Source: Candidatus Saccharimonadota bacterium (GTDB taxonomy: Bacteria; Pseudomonadota; Gammaproteobacteria; Enterobacterales; Enterobacteriaceae). Taken from it: DNA of 32,000 nt. Numbering within the stretch: the first letter of the stretch is position 1; every line of letters starts with the position of its first letter. Below, piece by piece: positions 10,291 through 21,067 of the stretch. The position numbers and the translations under genes were made by a program. Below the pieces are notes generated by a model. That model ran no database searches. It was not told the origin of the DNA and saw only the letters and a program-made list of their open reading frames with translations. The DNA lies in assembly GCF_000973505.1 (NCBI RefSeq), contig NZ_CP010048.1:600001-632000 (forward strand), given 5' to 3'.

Positions 10291-12000
10291 CTAAAATAAA
10301 AAATAACGTTGAGACATTGGTAACACCGTGGACGGCTCACAAAATAACAACTCTCCATTCGCATACACTCGATATGTTTGAGAATCAACTTTAATATACG
10401 GTTTCCAAAAATTATGAATCATATTATCTTTTTTTACATTACGACATTTATGAGCCACACCAATTAAACTAGATAACCCTAAACGTTCATGCAAATTTTC
10501 AATATACGCTATGGACGAAATAAACGTCATACGTATGACCTGACGAACACCACCTAAAACACCAAACATTAAACGATGATAAACTGGCTCAGGAGTTGGA
10601 ATAGAAGCATTGGGATCACCCATTAACGATACAACAATTACACCCCCTTTAATAACTAAATCAGGTTTAACACCAAAAAACGCCGGTGACCATAATACTA
10701 AATCAGCTAATTTTCCAATTTCAATCGAACCAACTTCATGAGAAATACCATGAGTAATAGCAGGATTAATAGTATATTTTGCAATATATCTTTTAACACG
10801 AAAATTATCATTATCACTAGATTGTGCTCTATCCAATAACACACCACGTTGTAATTTCATTTTATGTGCTGTTTGCCAAGTACGTAAAATAACTTCACCT
10901 ATTCTTCCCATCGCTTGAGAATCAGAAGAAATCATAGAAAACGCCCCAAGATCATGTAAAATATCTTCAGCAGCAATAGTTTCTTTACGAATTCTAGATT
11001 CTGAAAACGCTATATCTTCAGGTAAATTGCTATCTAAATGATGACAAACCATCAACATATCTAAATGTTCATCTACTGTATTAACAGTATAAGGCATAGT
11101 AGGCGTAGTAGACGACGGTAAAACATTACTTTTACCACATATTCGAATAATATCTGGAGAATGCCCTCCACCAGCTCCTTCAGCATGATAAGCATGAATA
11201 GTACGATCACCAATTACCAGAAGGGTATCTTCAAGAAAACCCGATTCATTTAAAGTATCTGTGTGAATGGCTATCTGTACATCAAAAGAATCTGCTACCT
11301 TTAAAGCACAATCAATGACAGCGGGGGTAGCACCCCAGTCTTCATGTATTTTTAACCCAATAGCTCCAGATACTATTTGTTCTTCCAATGCAGCAGGTAA
11401 AGATGAACTACCTTTTCCCAAAAAACCAATATTTACAGGCAATGAATCAGATAACTGTAACATACGTGATAAATACCATGGACCAGGTGTACAAGTGGTA
11501 GCATTAGTGCCAGTAGTTGGCCCCGTCCCCCCTCCAATCAAAGTGGTGACCCCCGAACAAATTGCCTCCTCTATTTGCTGAGGACAAATAAAATGAACAT
11601 GAGAATCAATACCTCCAGCCGTGACAATCTTACCTTCTGCTCCTATAACTTCAGTACTTGGACCAATATACATTGTAACGCCCGGCTGAATATTTGGGTT
11701 ACCGGATTTTCCAATAGCTACAATTCTACCATCCTTAATACCAATGTCAGCTTTAACTATTCCCCAATAATCAATAATTAAAGCATTAGTTAATACTAAA
11801 TCAAGACAATCCGAAGAACACATCTGTCCTTGACCCATCCCATCACGAATTACTTTCCCGGAACCAAACTTCATTTCTTCTCCATAATAACTAAAATCCT
11901 TTTCTACACTAATCCATAAATCAGTATCAGATAAACGAACACGATCCCCTACGGTTGGTCCAAACATATCAACATATGCACGACGTGATAACATACTCAT
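10291..12000 (-). CDS. ureC: Urease alpha (catalytic) subunit
   Basis: 569-aa ORF collinear end to end with Klebsiella-type UreC ([18 protein letters not shown] ... [10 protein letters not shown]). Active-site elements are present: [23 protein letters not shown] (the Lys that is carbamylated), [27 protein letters not shown] and SSDSQAMGR. Its ATG overlaps the ureB stop as ATGA (11997-12000). Confidence 0.97.
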   Translation of the reverse strand: MSMLSRRAYVDMFGPTVGDRVRLSDTDLWISVEKDFSYYGEEMKFGSGKVIRDGMGQGQMCSSDCLDLVLTNALIIDYWGIVKADIGIKDGRIVAIGKSGNPNIQPGVTMYIGPSTEVIGAEGKIVTAGGIDSHVHFICPQQIEEAICSGVTTLIGGGTGPTTGTNATTCTPGPWYLSRMLQLSDSLPVNIGFLGKGSSSLPAALEEQIVSGAIGLKIHEDWGATPAVIDCALKVADSFDVQIAIHTDTLNESGFLEDTLLVIGDRTIHAYHAEGAGGGHSPDIIRICGKSNVLPSSTTPTMPYTVNTVDEHLDMLMVCHHLDSNLPEDIAFSESRIRKETIAAEDILHDLGAFSMISSDSQAMGRIGEVILRTWQTAHKMKLQRGVLLDRAQSSDNDNFRVKRYIAKYTINPAITHGISHEVGSIEIGKLADLVLWSPAFFGVKPDLVIKGGVIVVSLMGDPNASIPTPEPVYHRLMFGVLGGVRQVIRMTFISSIAYIENLHERLGLSSLIGVAHKCRNVKKDNMIHNFWKPYIKVDSQTYRVYANGELLFCEPSTVLPMSQRYFLF

Positions 12001-12314
12001 ATAAAATTATCCAATTTCCCCATAACCATTTTATTAAAACCATATACTGTACGCTTACCTAGATAATTAACTAACTGTACAGTTCTTGATTGCCCCGGTT
12101 CAAAACGTATCGTCGTGCCTGATGGAATATCTAAACGATATCCCCATACAGAACAACGATTAAATTTCAAAGCTTTATTTACCTCATAAAAATGAAAATG
12201 CGACCCTACTTGTATGGGGCGATCAGCTGAATTAAAAACACATAACACTACACAATAACGATGTGTATTTAATTCTACATCACCTGAAATAAGACGATAC
12301 TCACCTGGAATCAT
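11997..12314 (-). CDS. ureB: Urease beta subunit
   Basis: 105-aa [48 protein letters not shown] and YGFN match UreB. It has a 4-bp ATGA overlap with ureC. Confidence 0.95.
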   Translation of the reverse strand: MIPGEYRLISGDVELNTHRYCVVLCVFNSADRPIQVGSHFHFYEVNKALKFNRCSVWGYRLDIPSGTTIRFEPGQSRTVQLVNYLGKRTVYGFNKMVMGKLDNFI

Positions 12315-12340
12315 AAATATAATGGTAATTACACATTAAA

Positions 12341-12643
12341 TTAAATTATTGGATTATGCACTGTCACTAACTTTGTTCCATCCAAAAAAGTAGCCTCTAC
12401 TTGCACATTAGGAATCATTTCTGAAACACCTTCCATAACATCATCTTTAGTTAAAACACTACAACCCAAATTCATTAATTCTGCAACAGAATGACCATCA
12501 CGAGCCCCCTCCAAAATTGTAAAAGTAATAAGCGCAACTGCCTCTGGATGATTTAATTTTAAACCTCGGGCACGTCGACGTTCAGCTAATAAAGCGACAA
12601 CAAATATTAACAATTTATCCCGTTCACGAGGTAATAACTTCAT
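12341..12643 (-). CDS. ureA: Urease gamma subunit
   Basis: 100-aa [79 protein letters not shown] is almost collinear with Klebsiella UreA. Confidence 0.96.
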   Translation of the reverse strand: MKLLPRERDKLLIFVVALLAERRRARGLKLNHPEAVALITFTILEGARDGHSVAELMNLGCSVLTKDDVMEGVSEMIPNVQVEATFLDGTKLVTVHNPII

Positions 12644-12654
12644 TATAAAATCAA

Positions 12655-12661
12655 CCCCCCC
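12655..12661 (-). promoter_or_regulatory. G7 homopolymer (C7 on +) in the ureD-ureA spacer; possible Shine-Dalgarno surrogate for ureA
   Basis: Read directly: ccccccc at 12655-12661, which is 11 nt upstream of the ureA ATG on the - strand. It is the only purine-rich G element in the 36-bp spacer. The function is inferred. Confidence 0.3.
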
Positions 12662-12679
12662 TATTTTTTTAAATAATAT

Positions 12680-13519
12680 TTATGTTGACCATACTCTTGG
12701 GACTACTGGTTGTTTTCCAACAACACTAGGTCGCAAAAAACACCACAAAACACGCAAAAACGCTTGTACACATTCATGTTCATTATCTAATAAACGCACC
12801 ACAAGTAACTTATCTAATAGTGTAGCACCTCCTGCTGCAATACCATATTTTTTAATTAAAATACGCACATCATTTAATACATGAATATCACTTGGTAAAG
12901 CATACAAAACCGCACTAACTTGATATCCAGAAAACTTATTTAAAAACTCATCAGAATAATTAACTTTGATTCGTTCACGTAAACCAATAGCATTTTCTAA
13001 CACAACAGATACAAAAATATTCAATACCCTTCCTGTACATACCTCTTGAAACGGTACACAACAAAAACACAAACTCTCAAAAAAAATGAAACGAGCCCCT
13101 TCTGCTACCCATACATTACTTTCTATAATTACTTTAGATTTTGAAAAAAATATATTACATTGCGGTAACCATTCTAATGCACTTCCCTTACTGAGATTAA
13201 AATTTTGACGAACAAACACATACATACCATCAGAACGATAAAATTTAGTAGCTCCAGGCATAGTCAATAATACGTGACTGTTTTCTTCTAAATCAATCTC
13301 CAAATATAATTGATCTCCTGCAACCAAACCACCAGGTGGATGTAATAAATAAACATGAGGTACATTATCATCATAATAAAATGGTTTTTGAATTATAAAA
13401 GGACCACGATGCCAACGTTTTAGTAATGTATTTCTATTATTACGTAATCCAAAATTTAACTTCAACTCTCCTACCCAATTACGCATAATGAACATAGGTA
13501 CAATATTATTTGATAACAT
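12680..13519 (-). CDS. ureD: Urease accessory protein UreD (UreH)
   Basis: 279-aa ORF. Matching segments include RGPFIIQKPFY, YLLHPPGGLVAGDQL, LLTMPGATKFYRS, ALEWLPQ.NIFF and the C-terminal FLRP...GKQPVVPRVW. It sits upstream of ureA as in ureDABC(E)FG clusters. The start could also be one of two downstream in-frame ATGs (Met9 or Met12). Confidence 0.88.
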   Translation of the reverse strand: MLSNNIVPMFIMRNWVGELKLNFGLRNNRNTLLKRWHRGPFIIQKPFYYDDNVPHVYLLHPPGGLVAGDQLYLEIDLEENSHVLLTMPGATKFYRSDGMYVFVRQNFNLSKGSALEWLPQCNIFFSKSKVIIESNVWVAEGARFIFFESLCFCCVPFQEVCTGRVLNIFVSVVLENAIGLRERIKVNYSDEFLNKFSGYQVSAVLYALPSDIHVLNDVRILIKKYGIAAGGATLLDKLLVVRLLDNEHECVQAFLRVLWCFLRPSVVGKQPVVPRVWST

Positions 13520-14162
13520 AAAAATTAAAAAAATACTATTAAATTAATTATAACTACTAAGACCATTATCTTTCTTATGTATTTATCTTTTCTATGTATT
13601 TAACAAGAAAAATACATAATATACAACTCATATAATAAATTGAAAGTAAATAACTAAAATTCATAAAAAAAATACACAACTAACTACCTCAACTATAGCT
13701 CGAAATAAACATAAATTAATAAATATTTTAAATAATCAATTATAAAAAAATTACAAAATACATATATACTATTTCATGAAATACTATTGAATCATCTCAC
13801 ATTACTTAAATACACTAAATACTCCAAAAAATCTACAAAAAAAAATTACAAAATAAAAAATAATATTAATAAATTAATAATTTTTCTAACACTATAATTC
13901 TATAATCCAATTATATAATATTTATATAATATAATAATTAACAAACCGACATTTAATGAATATAATAATATAATAATTAATATTACAATACTTAAAATTA
14001 ATAAAAATATTGAAATATTCAAACACACCAAACCTCAAATTTTGGTTTTATAGACCAACATATTCAATAAATAATGTATTTTAATATATTAAAAAATTAT
14101 TAAAAATTACAAAAAAAATAATACAAAACATTACCAAATAAAAAATAACATACTTCCAAAAA

Positions 14163-15797
14163 CTACTCCCATTCAATAGTAGATGGTGGTTTATTTGAAA
14201 TATCATACACAACACGAGAAATACCATCAACTTCATTAATTATTCTAGTAGATACCTTACACAAAAAATCATAAGGAAACTCTGCCCAACGAGCAGTCAT
14301 AAAATCAACCGTCTCCACTGCGCGCAATGCAACAACCCATTCATACTTACGTACATCACCCATTACCCCTACAGATCGTACTGGTAAAAACACAACAAAC
14401 GCTTGACTAATTTTAGTATATAAATTAGACATTTTTAATTCTTCAATAAAAATTAAATCAGCACAACGCAATAAATCACAACGCTCCCTATTAACCTCTC
14501 CTAAAATTCGTATTCCTAACCCAGGACCTGGAAATGGATGATCACACAAAATATCAGAAGATACACCTAATTCTTTCCCTAATGTTCTAACTTCATCCTT
14601 AAATAAATGCTTAATAGGCTCTAAAAGAGCCATCGATTTTATATCCGGTAATCCACCAACATTATGATGAGACTTAATAAAAAATTTCTCATTAGCAACA
14701 ACACTAGAAGAAATACCAGACTCAATTATATCAGGGTATATAGTACCTTGAGCTAACCACTTTACATTATTATTAGCTAATTTTTTTCTTTCACCTTCAA
14801 AAACCTCTATAAAAACTCGACCAATAACTTTACGTTTTTCCTCAGAATTGCTGATCCCTACAAGTGCATCAAAAAAACGATTCGCTGCTGATATATAAAT
14901 AATATTTAACGAATATTCCTGCATTAATCTTTTTATATGCGTGCAATCATTATAACGCAAAAGTCCAGTATCAACAAAATAACAGATCAATTTACTATCA
15001 CCAATAGCACGACGCAATAATAATGCTGTAACAAGAGAATCAATACCTCCAGAAAATGCAAGTAATACACTTTCAGATCGTACTGTATTTCTAATATCGG
15101 TAATCAAATAATTAATAATATTTTTCGAATTCCACAACGACTGGCAAGAACAAATTTGAAAAATAAAACGTTTTAAAATGTGTTTCCCCTTTCGGGTATG
15201 AGTGACTTCTGGATGAAACTGCAAACCATACAAACGCTGTTTTTCATTTGCTATAATAGCAATATCACAACTTTTTGTAACAGCAATAACAACAAATCCA
15301 TCCGGTATAGAAATAACTGTATCAGCATGACTCATCCATACATCTAATACACCTCGACCATCAACATTTACACTATCATAAATCCCTTGCACTAAAACAC
15401 TATTAACAACAACCTCTAATTGAGAATAACCAAACTCTCGTTTAGATATACTCTTACGAACTACACCACCAAAATGAGCCACTAAAACATGCATACCATA
15501 ACATATTCCTAAAATAGGAACATTGAACTTAAAAATATATTCAGGTACAATGTTGTTAATAACATTCTTTGCATAAACACTCATAGGACTGCCAGAAAGG
15601 ATAATACCCGACGGAGTAAATTGTCGAACTGCATGTTCTGTTAAATTCCAACAAAAAAAAACCTCACAATACACTCCTAATTCCCGAACCCTCCTGGCTA
15701 TTAGCTGAGTATATTGAGAACAAAAATCTAAAATTAAAATGCGACTTTTACAAACACTAAAATCTTTTATAACACTCTTATTAATAAAATTCACCAA
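14163..15797 (-). CDS. guaA: GMP synthase (glutamine-hydrolysing)
   Basis: Collinear with E. coli GuaA. Matching segments include [33 protein letters not shown] (catalytic Cys), QFHPEVTHT, the SGGIDS PP-loop, [36 protein letters not shown] and the C-terminal KPPSTIEWE. There is no in-frame ATG upstream of the conserved domain, so the start must be TTG (15797) or GTG (15794). Confidence 0.95.
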   Translation of the reverse strand: MVNFINKSVIKDFSVCKSRILILDFCSQYTQLIARRVRELGVYCEVFFCWNLTEHAVRQFTPSGIILSGSPMSVYAKNVINNIVPEYIFKFNVPILGICYGMHVLVAHFGGVVRKSISKREFGYSQLEVVVNSVLVQGIYDSVNVDGRGVLDVWMSHADTVISIPDGFVVIAVTKSCDIAIIANEKQRLYGLQFHPEVTHTRKGKHILKRFIFQICSCQSLWNSKNIINYLITDIRNTVRSESVLLAFSGGIDSLVTALLLRRAIGDSKLICYFVDTGLLRYNDCTHIKRLMQEYSLNIIYISAANRFFDALVGISNSEEKRKVIGRVFIEVFEGERKKLANNNVKWLAQGTIYPDIIESGISSSVVANEKFFIKSHHNVGGLPDIKSMALLEPIKHLFKDEVRTLGKELGVSSDILCDHPFPGPGLGIRILGEVNRERCDLLRCADLIFIEELKMSNLYTKISQAFVVFLPVRSVGVMGDVRKYEWVVALRAVETVDFMTARWAEFPYDFLCKVSTRIINEVDGISRVVYDISNKPPSTIEWE

Positions 15798-15892
15798 TAA
15801 TTAAAATATTAATTATAAAAAACACAAAAAACAATTCGATTTATACTGATCAATTTAACTTAATTACACTAATATAACGAACCTGTTACATC

Positions 15893-17356
15893 CTAACCTA
15901 AACGATAATTAGGAGATTCCTTTGTAATATTTACATCATGAACATGACTTTCCCGCATACCAGCATGACTAATTCGAACAAATTTACTCTTATACCGCAA
16001 ATCATAAATAGTATGACACCCAGTCAAACCCATACAAGAACGTACACCTCCTATTAACTGATGAACAACATCTTTTAATCGGCCTTTATAAGGTACACGA
16101 CCTTCAATACCCTCAGGTATCAATTTATTACCATCATTAACTTGAAAATATCGATCAGAAGAACCATGCACCATTGCACCTATAGAACCCATACCTCGAT
16201 AACTTTTAAACGAACGACCTTGATAAAATTCTATCTCTCCAGGAGATTCTTCTGTACCAGCTAATAATGAACCAACCATTACACAAGAAGCACCTGCCCC
16301 TATAGCCTTTGCAATATCACCAGAAAAACGAATACCACCATCTGCAATTACTGGAATATCAGCCTCTTTTAAACTATCTACTACGTCAGAAATTGCAGTA
16401 ATTTGGGGAACACCAACACCAGTAACAATACGAGTAGTACAAATGGAACCAGGACCTAACCCTACTTTCACAGCGTTAACACCAGCCTTAACTAAAGCTT
16501 GTGCACCCTCACTAGTAACCACATTACCACCAATAATTGGTAACTTCGGAAACATTGAACGAACATCCCAAATACTTTGTAACACAGCCGACGAATGACC
16601 ATGCGAACTATCAAATAACAAAACATCTATACCAGAATTTACTAACGCCTGAACACGATCATTAGTATTAAAACCAACACCAACTGCAGCACCAACCCTC
16701 AAACGGCCATACTCATCTTTGCAAGCAGATGGCTTTTGTTCTGCCTTCTCAAAATCCTTTACCGTAATCATACCTAATAAATGAAAATAATCATCTACCA
16801 CCAATGCTTTTTCAACTCTTTTGTTATGCATTTTCATCAATACCACATCATATGCTTCACCTTCTCTAACAGTTACCAAACGATCTTTTGGTGTCATAAC
16901 CGATGAAACAGGTGCAGTCAAATCAGTTATAAAACGTATATCACGACTTGTAATAATACCAACTAATTCATTAGTAACGCTAATAACGACCGGATAACCA
17001 CCAAAACCATTACGCTGGGTAAGCTTTTTTACTTCTAATAACGTTGTGTCAGGCGCAACACATTGAGGATTAGTTACCATACCGCTTTCATATCGCTTGA
17101 CACGAACAACCTCAGCTACTTGATTTTCTATAGACATATTTTTATGTATAAAACCAATCCCGCCTTCTTGTGCTAAAGCAATTGCTAAACTTGACTCAGT
17201 CACTGTATCCATAGCAGCAGATATAATAGGAATATTTAACTTAATGTCCTTAGTCAACTGAGTACTAACATCAACAGCAGCCGGTAACATTGTAGAATAT
17301 GACGGAAGAAGCAACACATCATCAAAAGTTAAAGCTTCTTTAGTAATACATAACAT
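15893..17356 (-). CDS. guaB: IMP dehydrogenase
   Basis: 487-aa ORF collinear with E. coli GuaB. Matching segments include [42 protein letters not shown], the CBS-pair region, [20 protein letters not shown] (catalytic Cys), [21 protein letters not shown] and [11 protein letters not shown]. Confidence 0.97.
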   Translation of the reverse strand: MLCITKEALTFDDVLLLPSYSTMLPAAVDVSTQLTKDIKLNIPIISAAMDTVTESSLAIALAQEGGIGFIHKNMSIENQVAEVVRVKRYESGMVTNPQCVAPDTTLLEVKKLTQRNGFGGYPVVISVTNELVGIITSRDIRFITDLTAPVSSVMTPKDRLVTVREGEAYDVVLMKMHNKRVEKALVVDDYFHLLGMITVKDFEKAEQKPSACKDEYGRLRVGAAVGVGFNTNDRVQALVNSGIDVLLFDSSHGHSSAVLQSIWDVRSMFPKLPIIGGNVVTSEGAQALVKAGVNAVKVGLGPGSICTTRIVTGVGVPQITAISDVVDSLKEADIPVIADGGIRFSGDIAKAIGAGASCVMVGSLLAGTEESPGEIEFYQGRSFKSYRGMGSIGAMVHGSSDRYFQVNDGNKLIPEGIEGRVPYKGRLKDVVHQLIGGVRSCMGLTGCHTIYDLRYKSKFVRISHAGMRESHVHDVNITKESPNYRLG

Positions 17357-17750
17357 GATAGCATTTCAAGCATTAGTATTCTTAACATTAAATTGAAAAA
17401 TTTGTCGAAAGGTCAATAATAATATACTTTATTATAAATTACAAATAAATTTTATATTATAACATACTGTATATTAATAATATAAAATACATAAATATAA
17501 CATACATATATTAATTAGTTAAGTCAAAAAAATATGCCTTAAAATAACAATTTTATTCACAGTCAAAACAAAAAATATTATAATTATAGTTATAATTATA
17601 ATTATATATAGTTAATACAATAACTGTTCAAAAAAATATCATCACATATCACTAATAACATTAAAAACAAAACAACTTAGATGACTTAATATCTAAAAGT
17701 ACAATTATAACATCATAAACTAATATACAACATACTAACATAAAAACATA

Positions 17751-19328
17751 ATGAAATACTTGACACCATATAAAAAAAACAACAATAAAAAAACACACTA
17801 CCAAACAACACCAATAGATATTGTGTTAATCGGGGCTGGAATTATGAGTGCCAGCTTAGCAACTGTTATAAAAATTTTAGAGCCAAGTTGGAATATTCAT
17901 ATGTATGAACGACTAAAAAAAGTAGGACAAGAAAGCTCAAATGCTTGGAATAATGCTGGAACTGGACATGCAGCTTTTTGTGAACTAAATTATACCAAAC
18001 AAAATGAGAATGGGATAATAGATATTTCAAAAGCAATTCAAATTAACGAAGCATTTGAAATTTCACGTCAATTTTGGGCATATTTAGTAAAAAATCAATT
18101 CCTTAACAACCCTCATAGTTTTATTAATAATATATCACATATGAGCTTCGTATGGGGAGAAAATAACATCAAATTTTTACGAAAACGATTTCATGCTTTA
18201 CAAAACAACACATTATTTTATGGAATAAATTACTCGGAAGATCCAAAAAAAATTCATGAATGGGCTCCACTCCTGATGGAAGGACGAGACCCATATCAAA
18301 AAATTGCTGCTACTCATATAGAAACAGGAACAGACATTAACTTCGGAGAGATAACTCAGCAATTGATAACAACACTAAAAACTTACCCTAACTTTTATAT
18401 ATATTTAAAACATAATGTAAACAAAATACGACAAAATAAAAATCACACCTGGCTGGTAAATATAACCGATCACAATCAACAAAACAAAAATATTCTTGCG
18501 AGATATGTTTTTGTAGGTGCAGGTGGACAATCTTTACCATTATTACAAAGTACTGGAATACAAGAAATAAACGGTTATGCAGGATTCCCAGTTGGTGGCC
18601 AATTTTTATTCACTAACAATCCCAAGATCACCAACAAACACTCAGCAAAAATATATGGACAATCACCAATAAATACACCTCCAATGTCGGTACCACACAT
18701 AGACACACGTATTATAGACGGACAAAGAATTTTATTATTTGGTCCATTCGCTACATTCAGCGGGAAATTTCTTAAACACGGATCACAATCAGACATTATA
18801 CGTTCACTAACTTATCATAACCTATTACCAATATTAGAAGTCGGAATAAATAACTTTCAATTAATAAAGTATCTTATACAACAATTAAAAATGCCACAAG
18901 AAAAAAAATTCAATCAATTACTTCAATATTATCCAAATGCAAAAATAAATGATTGGACATTACTAAATGCTGGACAACGTGTTCAAATAATTAAAAAAAA
19001 TAACAACAACAGAGGAATTTTACAATTCGGAACAGAAATAGTCAGTTCATCTACCGGTACACTTTCAGCATTACTTGGAGCATCACCAGGAGCTTCTACA
19101 ACAGCATGCATTATATTAGAAATTTTACATATAATGTTTAAAGAACACATAAATAGCACATCATGGACAAACACTATTAATGATATTATACCGTCATATA
19201 ATCATACACTAAATGGTAATATCCCGCTAATTAACAAAATTCGAAATTATATCTGTAAGACACTGCAACTAAAAAACATTACCATCATACCTAAAAACAA
19301 TATACACCAATACAATACTGATAATTAA
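17751..19328 (+). CDS. mqo: Malate:quinone oxidoreductase
   Basis: 525-aa ORF collinear with E. coli Mqo. Matching segments include the FAD fold DIVLIGAGIMSASLA, QESSNAWNNAGTGH, ELNYT, AFEISRQFW, HMSFVWGE, FVGAGG, YAGFPVGGQFL, PPMSVPHIDTR, LFGPFATFS.KFLK, AGQRVQIIKK and ALLGASPGAST. Confidence 0.93.
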   Translation: MKYLTPYKKNNNKKTHYQTTPIDIVLIGAGIMSASLATVIKILEPSWNIHMYERLKKVGQESSNAWNNAGTGHAAFCELNYTKQNENGIIDISKAIQINEAFEISRQFWAYLVKNQFLNNPHSFINNISHMSFVWGENNIKFLRKRFHALQNNTLFYGINYSEDPKKIHEWAPLLMEGRDPYQKIAATHIETGTDINFGEITQQLITTLKTYPNFYIYLKHNVNKIRQNKNHTWLVNITDHNQQNKNILARYVFVGAGGQSLPLLQSTGIQEINGYAGFPVGGQFLFTNNPKITNKHSAKIYGQSPINTPPMSVPHIDTRIIDGQRILLFGPFATFSGKFLKHGSQSDIIRSLTYHNLLPILEVGINNFQLIKYLIQQLKMPQEKKFNQLLQYYPNAKINDWTLLNAGQRVQIIKKNNNNRGILQFGTEIVSSSTGTLSALLGASPGASTTACIILEILHIMFKEHINSTSWTNTINDIIPSYNHTLNGNIPLINKIRNYICKTLQLKNITIIPKNNIHQYNTDN

Positions 19329-19600
19329 CAAATTATAAAATAATTAACATATATATCAATAATTAACATTAATTTATGATATTAAAATATAATAATACAT
19401 AACTTAAAATTTCTAAACATTAAAAACATAACAAATAGCATTGATAACAAAAAAAGAAGTAAAAAATACACAAACCTAATTTATCTCACGAAAATTTCAA
19501 CATATTTAACTATATAATATAAACATATAAACAACACAAACAATAATCGTTACAATACCACTTATAACAAAATTTCCTGATTATTATAAAAAGACAAACA

Positions 19601-20980
19601 TTATTTACTTTCTCGAAAACGAATATCAAGATAAGAACCAAATATTTTCAGTGAACGTGAAAAAAAATTGGATAAATAACGCCTGTAATTATCAGGTAAA
19701 CCAGTAACATGGTTACCATAAACAATTACAACTGGCGGTAAAGTACCACCCATATGAGCATATTTTAATTTTACTTCCTTACCATACACACGGGGAGGAT
19801 GGCATTTATTTACCGCCATATGTACAGTTCGTGTCAAAAATTCAGTACTAACTGACCTTACAGAAGAGTAATACGTTTGAATGATGGATTCAAACAAACA
19901 AGGTATACCTGTACCACATAATGAAGAAATAAAATTTACATTAACAAAGCGAACAAAATTCATACGAACATTACACATTCTTTTAAATTTATCTTGAAGA
20001 TCCGGGGATATAAGATCCCATTTATTAACTCCAACCACTACAGACCTTCCACTACGTAAAATATTATTCAATAATGATAAATCATTATTAGAAATTCCAC
20101 AAGAGGCATCAATTAATAACAAAACCACAGTGACAGTTTGAATAACTTTTAAAGTCCTCACTATAGAAAGCGATTCTGTCAAAGACCTCACTCTAGTTTT
20201 TTTACGAATTCCTGCTGTATCAATTAAAATATATCTATAACCATTATATATGATCGATGCATAAACATTATCACGAGTAGTTCCTGGTGAATTACACACA
20301 ACTACACGATCTTCACCTAAAATAAAATTAATAAAAGTTGATTTTCCAACATTAGGTGATCCCACAACCGCTAACATGATTACATCCACATTCTTTTTAT
20401 CAAACGATGATAATGAATTCTGTAAACATATCTTCGATTTTAAATCATAATTACAACAACTGTCACTTCTTACTAACAATTTTTCCCATTGGAAATAAAA
20501 AAAAACTTTCTCTAGTAAATAATAAACCCCAAATCCATGAGAAGCAGATACTGAAATTATTGTTTTAATTCCAAAAAAAGAAAACTCCGCTTGCGGATTT
20601 TTTAAAGCAATACCATCAACTTTGTTAACAACAATAAATACTGATTTTTGAAACTTGTATAAAAACTTCATGATATCATAATCGGAAGGTAATAAACCAA
20701 TTTGAGCATCAACAACAAATAATATAAGATCAGCTTCTGAAATTGCAGATCTTGCTTGATTTAGCACTGCAACCTCTATACCGTGATGAGCTATCTCAAT
20801 TCCACCAGTATCAATAATAATTGATTGATATTCTCTCCATCTGCAAAAACCATATCTCCGATCACGAGTTAATCCTAAATTGTTAACACCTACTAATGCA
20901 TCATTAGTCAATGTTAAACGATTAAATAACATCGACTTTCCAACATTTTTACGACCAATCAAAGCAATCACAGGAAGCAC
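19601..20980 (-). CDS. der: Ribosome-associated double-GTPase Der (EngA)
   Basis: 459-aa ORF with two GTPase domains: GRKNVGKSMLFNRLT / DTGG / NKVD and GSPNVGKSTFIN / DTAGIRKK / NKWD. The KH-like C-terminus contains VKLKYAHMGG and LPDNYRRYL. The start codon is GTG (cac at 20978-20980 on +). The basic C-terminal tail of E. coli Der is absent. Confidence 0.93.
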   Translation of the reverse strand: MLPVIALIGRKNVGKSMLFNRLTLTNDALVGVNNLGLTRDRRYGFCRWREYQSIIIDTGGIEIAHHGIEVAVLNQARSAISEADLILFVVDAQIGLLPSDYDIMKFLYKFQKSVFIVVNKVDGIALKNPQAEFSFFGIKTIISVSASHGFGVYYLLEKVFFYFQWEKLLVRSDSCCNYDLKSKICLQNSLSSFDKKNVDVIMLAVVGSPNVGKSTFINFILGEDRVVVCNSPGTTRDNVYASIIYNGYRYILIDTAGIRKKTRVRSLTESLSIVRTLKVIQTVTVVLLLIDASCGISNNDLSLLNNILRSGRSVVVGVNKWDLISPDLQDKFKRMCNVRMNFVRFVNVNFISSLCGTGIPCLFESIIQTYYSSVRSVSTEFLTRTVHMAVNKCHPPRVYGKEVKLKYAHMGGTLPPVVIVYGNHVTGLPDNYRRYLSNFFSRSLKIFGSYLDIRFRESK

Positions 20981-21067
20981 GATTAATTACAACCAACTTT
21001 ATAATTAATATTATGATAAATTATAATACAATATTATAACACCCAAACAATTTTACCTATCGATTAA

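Noticed and set aside
8464-13519. Urease cluster as a recently acquired genomic island
   Set aside because: There are no flanking tRNA genes, integrase, direct repeats or compositional discontinuity. AT-richness and strand skew match the neighbours.
13861-14000. AT-only repetitive stretches (for example the recurring aatataataattaa motif here, and tataattata motifs at 17580-17610) as a CRISPR array or structured repeats
   Set aside because: These are short, irregular, low-complexity matches of the kind expected by chance in spacers that are almost entirely A+T. They show no constant repeat/spacer periodicity.
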